From assembly GCA_001661245.1 (NCBI GenBank), contig KV454012.1:950848-1014847 (forward strand): a stretch of DNA of 64,000 bases, read 5' to 3'. The position numbers were made by a program, and so were the translations under genes. The first letter of the stretch is position 1. Each line of letters begins with the position of its first letter. The notes under the pieces are model-generated. The model saw only the letters and a list, made by a program, of their open reading frames with translations. It was not told where the DNA came from and searched no databases. Below are positions 11,109 through 21,767 of the stretch, one piece after another. This DNA is from Pachysolen tannophilus NRRL Y-2460. Its lineage: Eukaryota.

Positions 11109-14100
11109 ATGTCATTGTCTGATTCCAAAAGAGTCCATAAGGGGGCCAATAGTAATAATAATGGCGTTGGCGGTGGTGGTAGTAGTAGTGGTGGTAAGAA
11201 TGGTGGTAGCGGTAATAGGAATGGGGAAAGTGTAAATGAAGATGCACTTTATGATACTGCTTTAACTGGTAATATATCGTTTAATGAGTTTGATGAGATG
11301 TTTCGGAAAAGTGAAACTGTTCATGCTGCTGATGCTATTGATTTCGAAGATGAAGATGAATTAGCGGAAGAGGATGATGAACTTGCTGAAGAAGAAGAAG
11401 AAGAAAAAGAAGAAAAAAAAGAAGAAGAAGAAGAAGAAGAGAAAAGTGATGATTTCATAAATGAATTAGAACAAGAAGGGTTAGAAGGAGTCAGCGCGTC
11501 CTCTGTGGCAAGTAACCAGGGTTTATTTGGAAATAATCTTGGTATGGACACAAAGGATGAACCAGATTTGACAGTAGGGAATAAACAGATTGGTGAAAGT
11601 GATTTAGAAGATGATGAACAGTATGAAGGTTCTCAAAACCATTTGGTAGAAGAAAAATTGAAACAAGAGAAATTAAGACAACAAAGGAGAAACCAAAAGC
11701 TTTTGAAAAGATATTTCCCAACTTTTAAAAAAAATTCTATTTTGAAAATGATTCCTTTATTTCTTTCTACTGAATATGGAGAATATAATTATCATAGACC
11801 TATGTTACCAGATGAACCATTGATTCCTACAACAATCAATTTTCTTGAAGTTGAACCTGATCAGCGGAAGGCTTTTTCAAGAAATGTAACAAAACCTGTT
11901 GTATGGAAGTATCAAAGTGGCAATCAAGCTCAATTACAATATCATCTGTCATCAACAAAGGCAGAACAGGATATAATAGAAATAAAGGAAACTGATTTAG
12001 ATGTATTGATTCCACCAACACAAACACAGAGGCTTGAAAAACCTAAATTTGATGATTACGATAAAGATTTAATACTTTCTACATGTGATTGGAACGATGA
12101 AGAAATTATAAATGGTGGTAGTACAAGTGATGATACAATTGCCACTGGAAAAGAAATAAAATCACCAATTTTGAAAAAACGCAAAGTTAATAAATGGGAT
12201 CACTATGACATTGATGATTGGATAGATGATGATGATATGTTATTTGAAGGTAGACTAAGCGTTAAATCGTTAAAATTACAATTAGATATGAATGATCCGA
12301 ATTTATTATTTATTAAAAACAAATTATTAGAAAAGGAAAATGAAAATAAAGCTGTAATTCCGACAAATGAAAAATTATTAGAATTGAAATTTAATATTTC
12401 AAACGATAATGAATATAATGTACTAAGAGAAAATTATCAAACTAAAGTTAGATCAACCATTGGAAATTTATCTATTGATCACTCAATGCCTGCAATTAGA
12501 TTACAATTCCCATATTATAAAGTTAGGATCGATTTGCGTAGTACAAGATTTTTCCATAGACCTCAATTTTATGTTAGACCAAACACATTGATACAATTTA
12601 GCAAAGTTAAAGCTAGAAAGCGCAAGAAGGATAAAGGTAAGACAATTCATGAATTGTATTCAAAATCTTCTGATTTAACTTTAGGAGATTCTGCAAATTT
12701 TTTCATGTTGGAATATAGTGAAGAATATCCTTTAGCATTATCAAATTTTGGTATGGGTTCAAAATTAATAAATTATTATAGGAAAAGAAACGAAGAAGAT
12801 ACTTCAAGACCAAAATTACCAGTAGGTGAAACACATGTTCTTGGTCCTCAAGATAGATCACCATTTTGGAATTTTGGTTTTGTTGAACCAGGAAATATTG
12901 TTCCAACATTATACAATAAAATGATAAGAGCACCTGTCTTTCAACACAATCCAAAAGAAACAGATTTTTTATTAATAAGAAGTTCTGGTGGTAACTCAAA
13001 TAGTCAGAGATATTTTTTAAGAAGTATTAATCATGTTTTCACAGTTGGTCAATTGTTCCCAGTTGTTGATGTTCCTGCTCCTCATTCTCGTAAGGTTACT
13101 TCTACTTCAAAAAACAGATTAAAAATGATTGTTTACAGAGTCTTAAATAAAAATGATCAACATAGATTAGCAGTTAAGGATATTTCAGTTCATTTTCCTG
13201 ATCAAAATGATATGCAAAATAGACAAAGATTAAAAGAATTTATGGAATATCAAAGAAGTGGTGATGACCAAGGTTTTTGGAAAGTTAAACAAGGAGAAAG
13301 TTTACCGAATTTTGAACAAATAAGAAATATGATAACACCAGAGGATATAACTTTGTTAGAGTCCATGGCAAGTGGTCTGCAATATTTGAAAGACTTGGAA
13401 TATTATTACGGTGATGAAGAAGAACAGGAAAGACAAAGACAAAGAGAAAAGGAAAAATCTAATAACAATAACAAGAACATTGGAGAAGAAAGTATTGAAG
13501 AACAACTTGCTCCTTGGAATGTCTCTAGAAATTTTATCAATGCCACTCAAGGTAAAGCAATGTTACAGATACACGGTGAAGGTGATTTTACAGGAAGAGG
13601 TGAATCATTTTCCTATTTAAGAACGTCTATGAAAGGTGGTTTCAAAGGATCAAATGATACTGATTTTATTCCTGGCATGCCGGGAACTCCACCTCCACAA
13701 AAACCTGAGAAAAAAAGAGGTAAGAAGAAGGATAAAGAAGAAGAAAAATTGAAAGTAGGTCCTGGACATACTTATAATGTTGCAATGCAACAGAAAATGT
13801 ATAATGAAGAAATTGCAAAAGTTTGGTATGCGCAAAGAAGAGCATTTAGTAAAGACACTTTTGGTTCCGAAGGCCAGAAAAAAAATAAGATTGAAGAAAT
13901 ACGTGATGAAGACTTGTTTGATACTATCAAAGAAGGTACTCCAGTTAATATTAAGAATCCAGAGCCTGCAAACAAACCGCAACGTAAATACTTGAAAATA
14001 ACAAGAATGGTTAGAGATGAAAATGGTATACTTCAAAGAAAAGTGGAAATTGTAAAAGATATGGCAGTCATTAAAGCATATGTCCTGCATAAGATTAAGC

Positions 14101-14558
14101 AACAGGTAACATCATTGAATCCAGACTTATTAGCACCAACTAACGATGAAGAACAAAATCAAAGGATGAAGAAGGCATTGATGGAGCAATTGGAAAAATT
14201 GGAAAAATCTAAAGAAAGAAGGAAAAAGAAAGGCCCTCATAAGAGGAAGACATCCCAATCCCAGTCTCAATCTCAATCTCAATCTCAGTCGATGACACCT
14301 GAAGCCGAAGGTTTTTCAAATGGCGCTACTCCTGAATTTCCAGATAGAATTGCAGGAAAGGGCATCGGAAAGGGCAAGAGCACCATCAGAAGATGCAAAA
14401 CTTGCGGAGCCCTAGGTCATATCAGGACAAACAAAAAAGCTTGTCCTATGTTTGGCAAAAACAAGAAAAAACGTATGAGTGAAACACCATTATTCAGTGG
14501 AGAAGATGCAGATTTTAGCAGTAGTATTGATCCTAATTTTGGTAACAATGATTTTTAG
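11109..14558 (+). CDS. TAF1: TFIID subunit Taf1 (first ATG at 11109)
   Basis: DAIDFEDEDELAEE (TAND region), FNISND, HSMPAIRLQFPYYK, EYSEEYPLALSNFGMGSKLINYYRK, APWN..RNFINATQGKAML, C-terminal zinc knuckle CKTCGALGHIRTNKKAC; no bromodomains, as is typical of yeasts. Confidence 0.96.
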   Translation: MSLSDSKRVHKGANSNNNGVGGGGSSSGGKNGGSGNRNGESVNEDALYDTALTGNISFNEFDEMFRKSETVHAADAIDFEDEDELAEEDDELAEEEEEEKEEKKEEEEEEEKSDDFINELEQEGLEGVSASSVASNQGLFGNNLGMDTKDEPDLTVGNKQIGESDLEDDEQYEGSQNHLVEEKLKQEKLRQQRRNQKLLKRYFPTFKKNSILKMIPLFLSTEYGEYNYHRPMLPDEPLIPTTINFLEVEPDQRKAFSRNVTKPVVWKYQSGNQAQLQYHLSSTKAEQDIIEIKETDLDVLIPPTQTQRLEKPKFDDYDKDLILSTCDWNDEEIINGGSTSDDTIATGKEIKSPILKKRKVNKWDHYDIDDWIDDDDMLFEGRLSVKSLKLQLDMNDPNLLFIKNKLLEKENENKAVIPTNEKLLELKFNISNDNEYNVLRENYQTKVRSTIGNLSIDHSMPAIRLQFPYYKVRIDLRSTRFFHRPQFYVRPNTLIQFSKVKARKRKKDKGKTIHELYSKSSDLTLGDSANFFMLEYSEEYPLALSNFGMGSKLINYYRKRNEEDTSRPKLPVGETHVLGPQDRSPFWNFGFVEPGNIVPTLYNKMIRAPVFQHNPKETDFLLIRSSGGNSNSQRYFLRSINHVFTVGQLFPVVDVPAPHSRKVTSTSKNRLKMIVYRVLNKNDQHRLAVKDISVHFPDQNDMQNRQRLKEFMEYQRSGDDQGFWKVKQGESLPNFEQIRNMITPEDITLLESMASGLQYLKDLEYYYGDEEEQERQRQREKEKSNNNNKNIGEESIEEQLAPWNVSRNFINATQGKAMLQIHGEGDFTGRGESFSYLRTSMKGGFKGSNDTDFIPGMPGTPPPQKPEKKRGKKKDKEEEKLKVGPGHTYNVAMQQKMYNEEIAKVWYAQRRAFSKDTFGSEGQKKNKIEEIRDEDLFDTIKEGTPVNIKNPEPANKPQRKYLKITRMVRDENGILQRKVEIVKDMAVIKAYVLHKIKQQVTSLNPDLLAPTNDEEQNQRMKKALMEQLEKLEKSKERRKKKGPHKRKTSQSQSQSQSQSQSMTPEAEGFSNGATPEFPDRIAGKGIGKGKSTIRRCKTCGALGHIRTNKKACPMFGKNKKKRMSETPLFSGEDADFSSSIDPNFGNNDF

Positions 14559-14828
14559 TTTTATGACACTTTTTTCTAAAATTGGTGATACATTTTAATT
14601 TGGCGGTTTTATGTAATATGTAATTTTAAAGTTATTAAAAAAAGATGAATTTTTATTACTGATCTATGATTGTAGAAGAAAATCAATGTGATAACTAAGT
14701 TACAGATTTTAAAAAAAAAAAGTGTAGGTTAGTTACATTTATATATTAATAATTATCAGATATCTACCATTAAATAATAATAATAATAATAATTATAATA
14801 ATGAAATCCTAATTAAAATATCATTCAA

Positions 14829-15423
14829 TCATTCTGCCAATAATGAATATTGATTTAGCAACGGACAATCTCCTCCTCTTTCTGGATCCAATCCATAATT
14901 ATAGAAAAAACCTTCAGAAGTAACAACCATCACATGTAAAAATTTCTTCAGTGTTAAATCGGTATCCTCTCCGCTACTACTATTTGTGCTACTGTTTTCA
15001 AAAAAAGCAGTAGGTATTTTATCAACGGAGATTTCTTTACCTATTGCAACAACTGTTTTGGTATCTCTAGAAACAGGAACTTTACAAGAAGCAAAATGCC
15101 TATTTGGTTCCAATATTGAGGAAAATTTTGGAGGAAGATAATTCCCCCATTTTCCAATGACTTTTGTCCCTATAGATTGGGAAGTTCTTCGAAACAATCT
15201 TCCCATTGTCTTTCTTGAATTATCAATCAATGGTTCAACTTTGTCGGAAGAGTCCGCACTATTATAAGAGCCTAAAGAAGAATTTGATCGCCGCCTGGGC
15301 ATCTTTGGTAATGCAACAACAACTTCTTGTTCATCCTCACTTTCACTTCCAGAAGATTCACTTGCGGCTGACAGTTTGTTGATGGAATCGCTTTGATTAC
15401 TAATATTACTGTTATTAGCACTG

Positions 15424-15454
<31 letters not shown>

Positions 15455-16451
15455 GATTATTCATATGGCTTTGGTTTTGTGATATAATTTGAGATTGCAA
15501 TTGTAAAAGCTGTTGATGAGGATTTGGTATAGTCTTTGCAGCTTCATCTTCACCCAATCTGAATATATGAACTGTTTCTGTAGCTGAACTTGTAGCTAAA
15601 AATTTATTATCGCTACTAAATGATAATGAAAAAATTTTTGTTGGATAAGTTCCCCGCCTAAATTGATACAATTTAACTCCAGTTTCTACAGAGAAAACTC
15701 TAACAATTGTTCCTTTATCTGATGCAGTCAGTAACAAGAGACCATCATTACTCAATGCAATAGCAGCCAACTGGGTTTTATGAGCCTCAATGACAGACAA
15801 AGGTTGTAAAGTCTTTGCATTAAATATTATCACATCACCATTTCTAACAGGCGCTGATATATTATGTGATTGATTTGTATTTTCTATTGCTGTTACTTCC
15901 TGTGTATGTGGTTTTGGAGGTGATGGATAAGCCAAATAGTTATTTTCTGTTGATGGAGATAAAGCAATCAACCCATTAGGGTTAAGCGGGATCTCAATGG
16001 TATGTAATAATCTCATATTATTAATATCATAAATATAAATTGTTTGTTCCAATAATACAATCAACCTTTCACGATTCATCTTCACAGCTAATACAGCTGC
16101 TGGGAAAGTTAACTCACATATGACAGATTGCCTCTTAGTATTAATTACTCTTAAACGACGTGGAGATAAAGAAGGCTCATCTCCTAACCCAACAACAGCT
16201 ATTAAAGAAGTACAAAATAACATTTGAACTATCCCTATACTACCATCATTCTTAGAATAACATTTCCCCAAAGGATCACAATTGAAAATCTTATACCCAT
16301 GAGAATGACCCATAGATATACAACTAAAATCCTGATTAAACCCAATAAAATTAATCGAATCTGTTGTATTATTCGAATGGGATTGTAAAACTTCCGTTAC
16401 TGCTTCCGAGGCAACATTGGCAACATTTAAAGCAACAGGATTTGTTGACAT
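14829..16451 (-). CDS. ATG18: PROPPIN WD40 phosphoinositide-binding autophagy protein Atg18 (first ATG at 16451)
   Basis: [55 protein letters not shown] lipid-binding motif, ERGGDC C-terminus. Confidence 0.95.
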
Positions 16452-16981
16452 TGAATCCGTAACACTAAAATCCTGAATTAGGAACAATCTGGCAAGAAAA
16501 GACTCAATAAAGTCACCTGTCAATTCTTTCAACACTCACCTTATGAATTCAAATATAAATATATAAATATATATAAATATAAATATATTTATATATTTTA
16601 TATATATAAATATTTCTCTATCTAAACCCTTTAAAGATACAATTAATAGAAAATACACAAACAAAAACGGAAAATTTTTCAAATTTCCTAAAACGGAAGT
16701 CGGACTTTTTTTAATTTCCAAAAATTTCCTAAAATCGAACTTTATTTCCGTTTTGGGAACTTTTTGGTATTTACAGAACTACCATTATGGCTTTTGGTGG
16801 TAATGGAAACAGTTGAATCCAACGACGACACCAAGTTTATAGCTATTAGTATAGTATAGTATAGTATAGTATAAATGGAGATGAATTGTAAGTCTACACA
16901 GTTTAAAAGTGTCAAGAAAAGTAAGTATAGTAAAAAAAAAAAAAANAAAAAAAGAAAAAGGTAGATGTACGTATATTACCA

Positions 16982-17415
16982 NNNNNNNNNNNNNNNNNNN
17001 NNNNNNNNNNNNNNNNNNNNNNNNNNNNNNNNNNNNNNNNNNNNNNNNNNNNNNNNNNNNNNNNNNNNNNNNNNNNNNNNNNNNNNNNNNNNNNNNNNNN
17101 NNNNNNNNNNNNNNNNNNNNNNNNNNNNNNNNNNNNNNNNNNNNNNNNNNNNNNNNNNNNNNNNNNNNNNNNNNNNNNNNNNNNNNNNNNNNNNNNNNNN
17201 NNNNNNNNNNNNNNNNNNNNNNNNNNNNNNNNNNNNNNNNNNNNNNNNNNNNNNNNNNNNNNNNNNNNNNNNNNNNNNNNNNNNNNNNNNNNNNNNNNNN
17301 NNNNNNNNNNNNNNNNNNNNNNNNNNNNNNNNNNNNNNNNNNNNNNNNNNNNNNNNNNNNNNNNNNNNNNNNNNNNNNNNNNNNNNNNNNNNNNNNNNNN
17401 NNNNNNNNNNNNNNN
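16982..17415. other. Assembly gap (N run); both flanks show nearly the same ~50-bp sequence
   Basis: N run; a poly-A tract followed by gg(t/ta)gatgtacgtatattacca occurs on both sides (ending 16981 and 17467). Confidence 0.95.
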
Positions 17416-17461
17416 AAAGTAAAAAAAAAAAAAAAAAAAGAAAAAAGGTGATGTACGTATA

Positions 17462-19885
17462 TTACCATGGATTATCTTCAATTTCACCCCAAGTCTTGTG
17501 TGCTAAACTAGAAGGAATTTGTACTTCTTTGAACAAGTCTCCACCTTTGAAATTCTGGTCATTGCTGCTACCACCACCAAGAGGAGTTTCGTCAAAGTGG
17601 TTAGCTTCATCATTATCAAGAGAGGTTCCCATTAGACCTTCTCCATTGTCGTATTCATCATTATCTTTACCTGTTTCATCATAAATTTCATCCAATGCAT
17701 CAATGATAGTTATTGGTAATAGCGGTTGAAATTCTTTAGATCTTTTATCATCTAGTCCACTTAGTCCTGAGCCATAACGTTTTATAAGTTGTTGAATATT
17801 TGATAACACTACTGGGAAAAGATGATCTGGATTTAAAAATAAATGATCTTCAGATTTGGAATTATTGAAAAAATATAAATTAGAAGGAATAATAAATTTT
17901 TTAGAATCATTTATTTGTTTTAATTGAAATGTTAATTCTTTTGGAAATTTTAATTCTTCAATTTCATATCTATAAGTTTTCACAATTTTTAATAATTGAA
18001 TAGGATTTAAAGTTATTAAACTTGATAAAGTTTTATTTAAAGTTTTAATATCCAGTAAAGAAGTCATTACTTGTAACCATTCTAATAATTCAACAGCTGG
18101 CATTAAATGATGTTTACCAATTTTGAAAAGTGAATTATAATAAAATGTAGAATCATTTGGATCATTAATATTTTCATTAAATTTTGCAACATTATTTAAT
18201 TTAATTTTTTTATTAATTATTGTTTCAGGAAATTCTTTATCTTTCATAAATGATGGATCAACAATATCTGGTTTAAAATCATTTGTTCTTAACCAATCTT
18301 CAATTACTGAAAGATTTAATCTAATTTGCATGGCCCGAGTTCTAGAATGATAATTTTTATTTGCAAGTAATCTATTAAATAAACTTGCACCAAACCAATA
18401 TAAAACAGCTGATAATGTTTGTTGTCTTGTTACATCAGTAAGTCGATGTAAATCTAAAACATATAATAATGCTCCTAAAGTTTGTGTAATTTTTATTGGT
18501 GAAGGTTTCATTTGTTCTTTTGGTGGTGGTGGATATAACATTTCTAAAATATCATCATAAGTTGATTTATTTTTTAAAAATTTTCTTTTAAATAAATGCC
18601 ATTCATTTTTAAAAGCAACATTTTTAGAATCTGCTAAATTAGTATAATCTAATACACATATATCAATCAAATCATCTAATCGATTATTAATTGCAAAAGC
18701 TAATTCTGCTATTAATGATTGTAAAGTACTTATTAAATCTTGTAAAAATTGTGGATATTTTATGAAAAATTTACAAGCAGAATCTCTGTATAAATAATAA
18801 TATACAAAATTAACCACTGAAAGCCAATAACTTATCATTACAATATCACCTTTTGAATTAGATAAAGATGGAACACCACTTTTTGAATTTGTAATTGATC
18901 TTACTTTTGTTAAAAATAAATTGAAAAAAGTTTCAACCAATTCACTTGATTCTAATTTTGATTCTGCATATCTTAAACATTGATATATTATAGCAGCTGG
19001 TAAAGTTGTCTTGTGTGGATATAAATTATATAAATTGAAAACATAGTCCAATACTTCCATTATACCACCATCATGAAATTTAACAAATTGTTTTGGTGAA
19101 ATTTTAGTAAAATCAAATCTTTCCTCTATATCATTATATTCCAATGGGTTATTATCAAATACACTACTGATATTATTATTATTAAAAGTTGCTGTATGAT
19201 ATATATTATCTTCTGATTGATCATTTATCATGAGACCACTTATTCCCACACTTTGTAATTTGATTTGTGCTTGTAAATCATCTTGATCATGTTCTTGAAA
19301 TGTTGAAACATTATTATTATTATTATAGGAAAAATTATCAGTTATATCTTCAATTGGTTCTCTATCAGTTGATTTAATTAAATTATGTTCAAGGAAAAAA
19401 TCATACATAGAAGTACCTGGTATTGCCAAATCAATAGCATTTTTACCACTTTTTGAAGGCTTTAAATATGGATCTGCTTCTCCATTTAATAAAGTTGTAA
19501 CCATATCTTTTAAATTTAAATATGTTGCCCACATAATTGGAGTCCATCCAAGAATTTCATCTGGTTGATTACAATCAACATTAAAATTTATCAATAATTC
19601 AACACATTCTACCTTATTAAAACAAACACCATAAATCAATGGAGTTAATCCACTTTTATCTAAAGCATTCAATATAGTAGAATCATTTGATAACAAATCT
19701 TTAATTATAAAATTATCTCCATCTGCTGCGGCAAGGCATAATTTAATCACTGAATTAGAATTGGAATCACCTCCCAACAACTGTAACGCCTTCTTGGCAG
19801 CAACAATCTTGGCATAATTCGTATCGCTGGAAGTGAAAACAGACGAAGCTGTTGTTTTAATAGCTGTCCACGGGTCTAAATCCAT
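17462..19885 (-). CDS. Ankyrin-repeat plus DIL (dilute) domain protein, YPR089W-like (first ATG at 19885)
   Basis: N-terminal ankyrin repeats (GLTPLIYG, GWTPIMWA); C-terminal DIL-type motifs LFNRLL...RAMQIRLNLSVIEDW and ELLEWLQ...LNPIQLLK..YRYE. Confidence 0.8.
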   Translation of the reverse strand: MDLDPWTAIKTTASSVFTSSDTNYAKIVAAKKALQLLGGDSNSNSVIKLCLAAADGDNFIIKDLLSNDSTILNALDKSGLTPLIYGVCFNKVECVELLINFNVDCNQPDEILGWTPIMWATYLNLKDMVTTLLNGEADPYLKPSKSGKNAIDLAIPGTSMYDFFLEHNLIKSTDREPIEDITDNFSYNNNNNVSTFQEHDQDDLQAQIKLQSVGISGLMINDQSEDNIYHTATFNNNNISSVFDNNPLEYNDIEERFDFTKISPKQFVKFHDGGIMEVLDYVFNLYNLYPHKTTLPAAIIYQCLRYAESKLESSELVETFFNLFLTKVRSITNSKSGVPSLSNSKGDIVMISYWLSVVNFVYYYLYRDSACKFFIKYPQFLQDLISTLQSLIAELAFAINNRLDDLIDICVLDYTNLADSKNVAFKNEWHLFKRKFLKNKSTYDDILEMLYPPPPKEQMKPSPIKITQTLGALLYVLDLHRLTDVTRQQTLSAVLYWFGASLFNRLLANKNYHSRTRAMQIRLNLSVIEDWLRTNDFKPDIVDPSFMKDKEFPETIINKKIKLNNVAKFNENINDPNDSTFYYNSLFKIGKHHLMPAVELLEWLQVMTSLLDIKTLNKTLSSLITLNPIQLLKIVKTYRYEIEELKFPKELTFQLKQINDSKKFIIPSNLYFFNNSKSEDHLFLNPDHLFPVVLSNIQQLIKRYGSGLSGLDDKRSKEFQPLLPITIIDALDEIYDETGKDNDEYDNGEGLMGTSLDNDEANHFDETPLGGGSSNDQNFKGGDLFKEVQIPSSLAHKTWGEIEDNPW

Positions 19886-21690
19886 CAACAAGATATATAT
19901 ATATATATATTTACACTTAATTCAAAAACTAAAAAGAAGAACCAAAAAAAAAAAAAAAAAAAAAATTTAAATTAAATTAAATTAAATTTCAACTTTTTAA
20001 TTCTTTCTTACTTCTACTTTTTAAACAAATAATAAGATCAATTCTTTTAAATTGATCTAAAAGAAGAAATTAGTCAAATTACTAATTAATCAAAAACTTT
20101 TTACTTTTACCAACCTGAATTTCGGTCGGTCTTGATGGTATCTTTTTTTTTTCTGTTAATTTTTGAATTTTTGGTTTTTCAAATAAAACAAAATAGAATT
20201 TCCAAAAAAGGAAATTTGGTTTATGAACACACGACTACTTGGTAGCGGTATAAAAGAAAAGGGGGTACTATTACCCCCTTTCAGAGTGGTTTTTTATTTA
20301 TTTGTTGAATGAATGAATGAATGAATTGTTTTAAAAATTAGTTTAATTTTTTAGAGATGGTTGAAAAAATGGGGTTTTCTGAGTGGTTTAAGTATGTGGA
20401 GAATAGAATGTTTTTGAATTGAATTGAATTGAATTGAATTGATTTTATGGATGGATGAGCCGCATGAAATGTGTAAATGTTTTGTACCTCTTGAAAGAAG
20501 ATGATGATGTTACACAAAGCAAAAGAGATTTACAAGTAATTGAAGTAGGAAAAAAAAAAGTTAATAGGTGGTGTTTCCACTTGACTACTAGTTGGAACAA
20601 TTTAATTTTTTTTAATTTTTTTTTNTTTTTTNNNNNNNNNNNNNNNNNNNNNNNNNNNNNNNNNNNNNNNNNNNNNNNNNNNNNNNNNNNNNNNNNNNNN
20701 NNNNNNNNNNNNNNNNNNNNNNNNNNNNNNNNNNNNNNNNNNNNNNNNNNNNNNNNNNNNNNNNNNNNNNNNNNNNNNNNNNNNNNNNNNNNNNNNNNNN
20801 NNNNNNNNNNNNNNNNNNNNNNNNNNNNNNNNNNNNNNNNNNNNNNNNCTTCTTGGCAGCAACAATCTTGGCATAATTCGTATCGCTGGAAGTGAAAACA
20901 GACGAAGCTGTTGTTTTAATAGCTGTCCACGGGTCTAAATCCATCAACAAGATATATATATATATATATTTACACTTAATTCAAAAACTAAAAAGAAGCC
21001 AAAAAAAAAAAAAAAAAAAAAATTTAAATTAAATTAAATTAAATTTCAACTTTTTAATTCTTTCTTACTTCTACTTTTTAAACAAATAATAAGATCAATT
21101 CTTTTAAATTGATCTAAAAGAAGAAATTAGTCAAATTACTAATTAATCAAAAACTTTTTACTTTTACCAACCTGAATTTCGGTCGGTCTTGATGGTATCT
21201 TTTTTTTTTCTGTTAATTTTTGAATTTTTGGTTTTTCAAATAAAACAAAATAGAATTTCCAAAAAAGGAAATTTGGTTTATGAACACACGACTACTTGGT
21301 AGCGGTATAAAAGAAAAGGGGGTACTATTACCCCCTTTCAGAGTGGTTTTTTATTTATTTGTTGAATGAATGAATGAATGAATTGTTTTAAAAATTAGTT
21401 TAATTTTTTAGAGATGGTTGAAAAAATGGGGTTTTCTGAGTGGTTTAAGTATGTGGAGAATAGAATGTTTTTGAATTGAATTGAATTGAATTGAATTGAT
21501 TTTATGGATGGATGAGCCGCATGAAATGTGTAAATGTTTTGTACCTCTTGAAAGAAGATGATGATGTTACACAAAGCAAAAGAGATTTACAAGTAATTGA
21601 AGTAGGAAAAAAAAAAAGTTAATAGGTGGTGTTTCCACTTGACTACTAGTTGGAACAATTTTAATTTTTTTTTAATTTTTTTTTTTTTTT
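19790..21690. repeat. ~840-bp near-identical direct duplication (19790-20631 and 20849-~21690) flanking an N gap; probably an unmerged contig overlap
   Basis: The copies match at an offset of ~1059 bp. The differences I could see fall in or next to homopolymer runs. N gap 20632-20848 lies exactly between them. Confidence 0.9.
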
Positions 21691-21767
21691 TGGTTTAAAG
21701 AAAGAAAGAAATAAAAAGTTTTCATATAATAACTAAACTAAAATCTTTTTTCAAAATACAATAAAAG

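Noticed and set aside
16473..16539. Possible 5'-UTR intron of ATG18 (minus-strand GTGAGT...CCTAAT..CAG)
   Set aside because: The branch site is poor compared with the ACTAAC seen in the two supported introns, and it is not needed to build the protein.
16785..17684. ORFs spanning the first N gap
   Set aside because: Artefacts of translating through Ns; the flanks also repeat each other.
19790..21690. Apparent tandem duplication with a second truncated copy of the ankyrin-DIL gene start (ORF 20612-20950)
   Set aside because: The copies directly flank an N gap and differ only around homopolymers, the signature of an unmerged contig overlap. Read depth or long reads would settle it.
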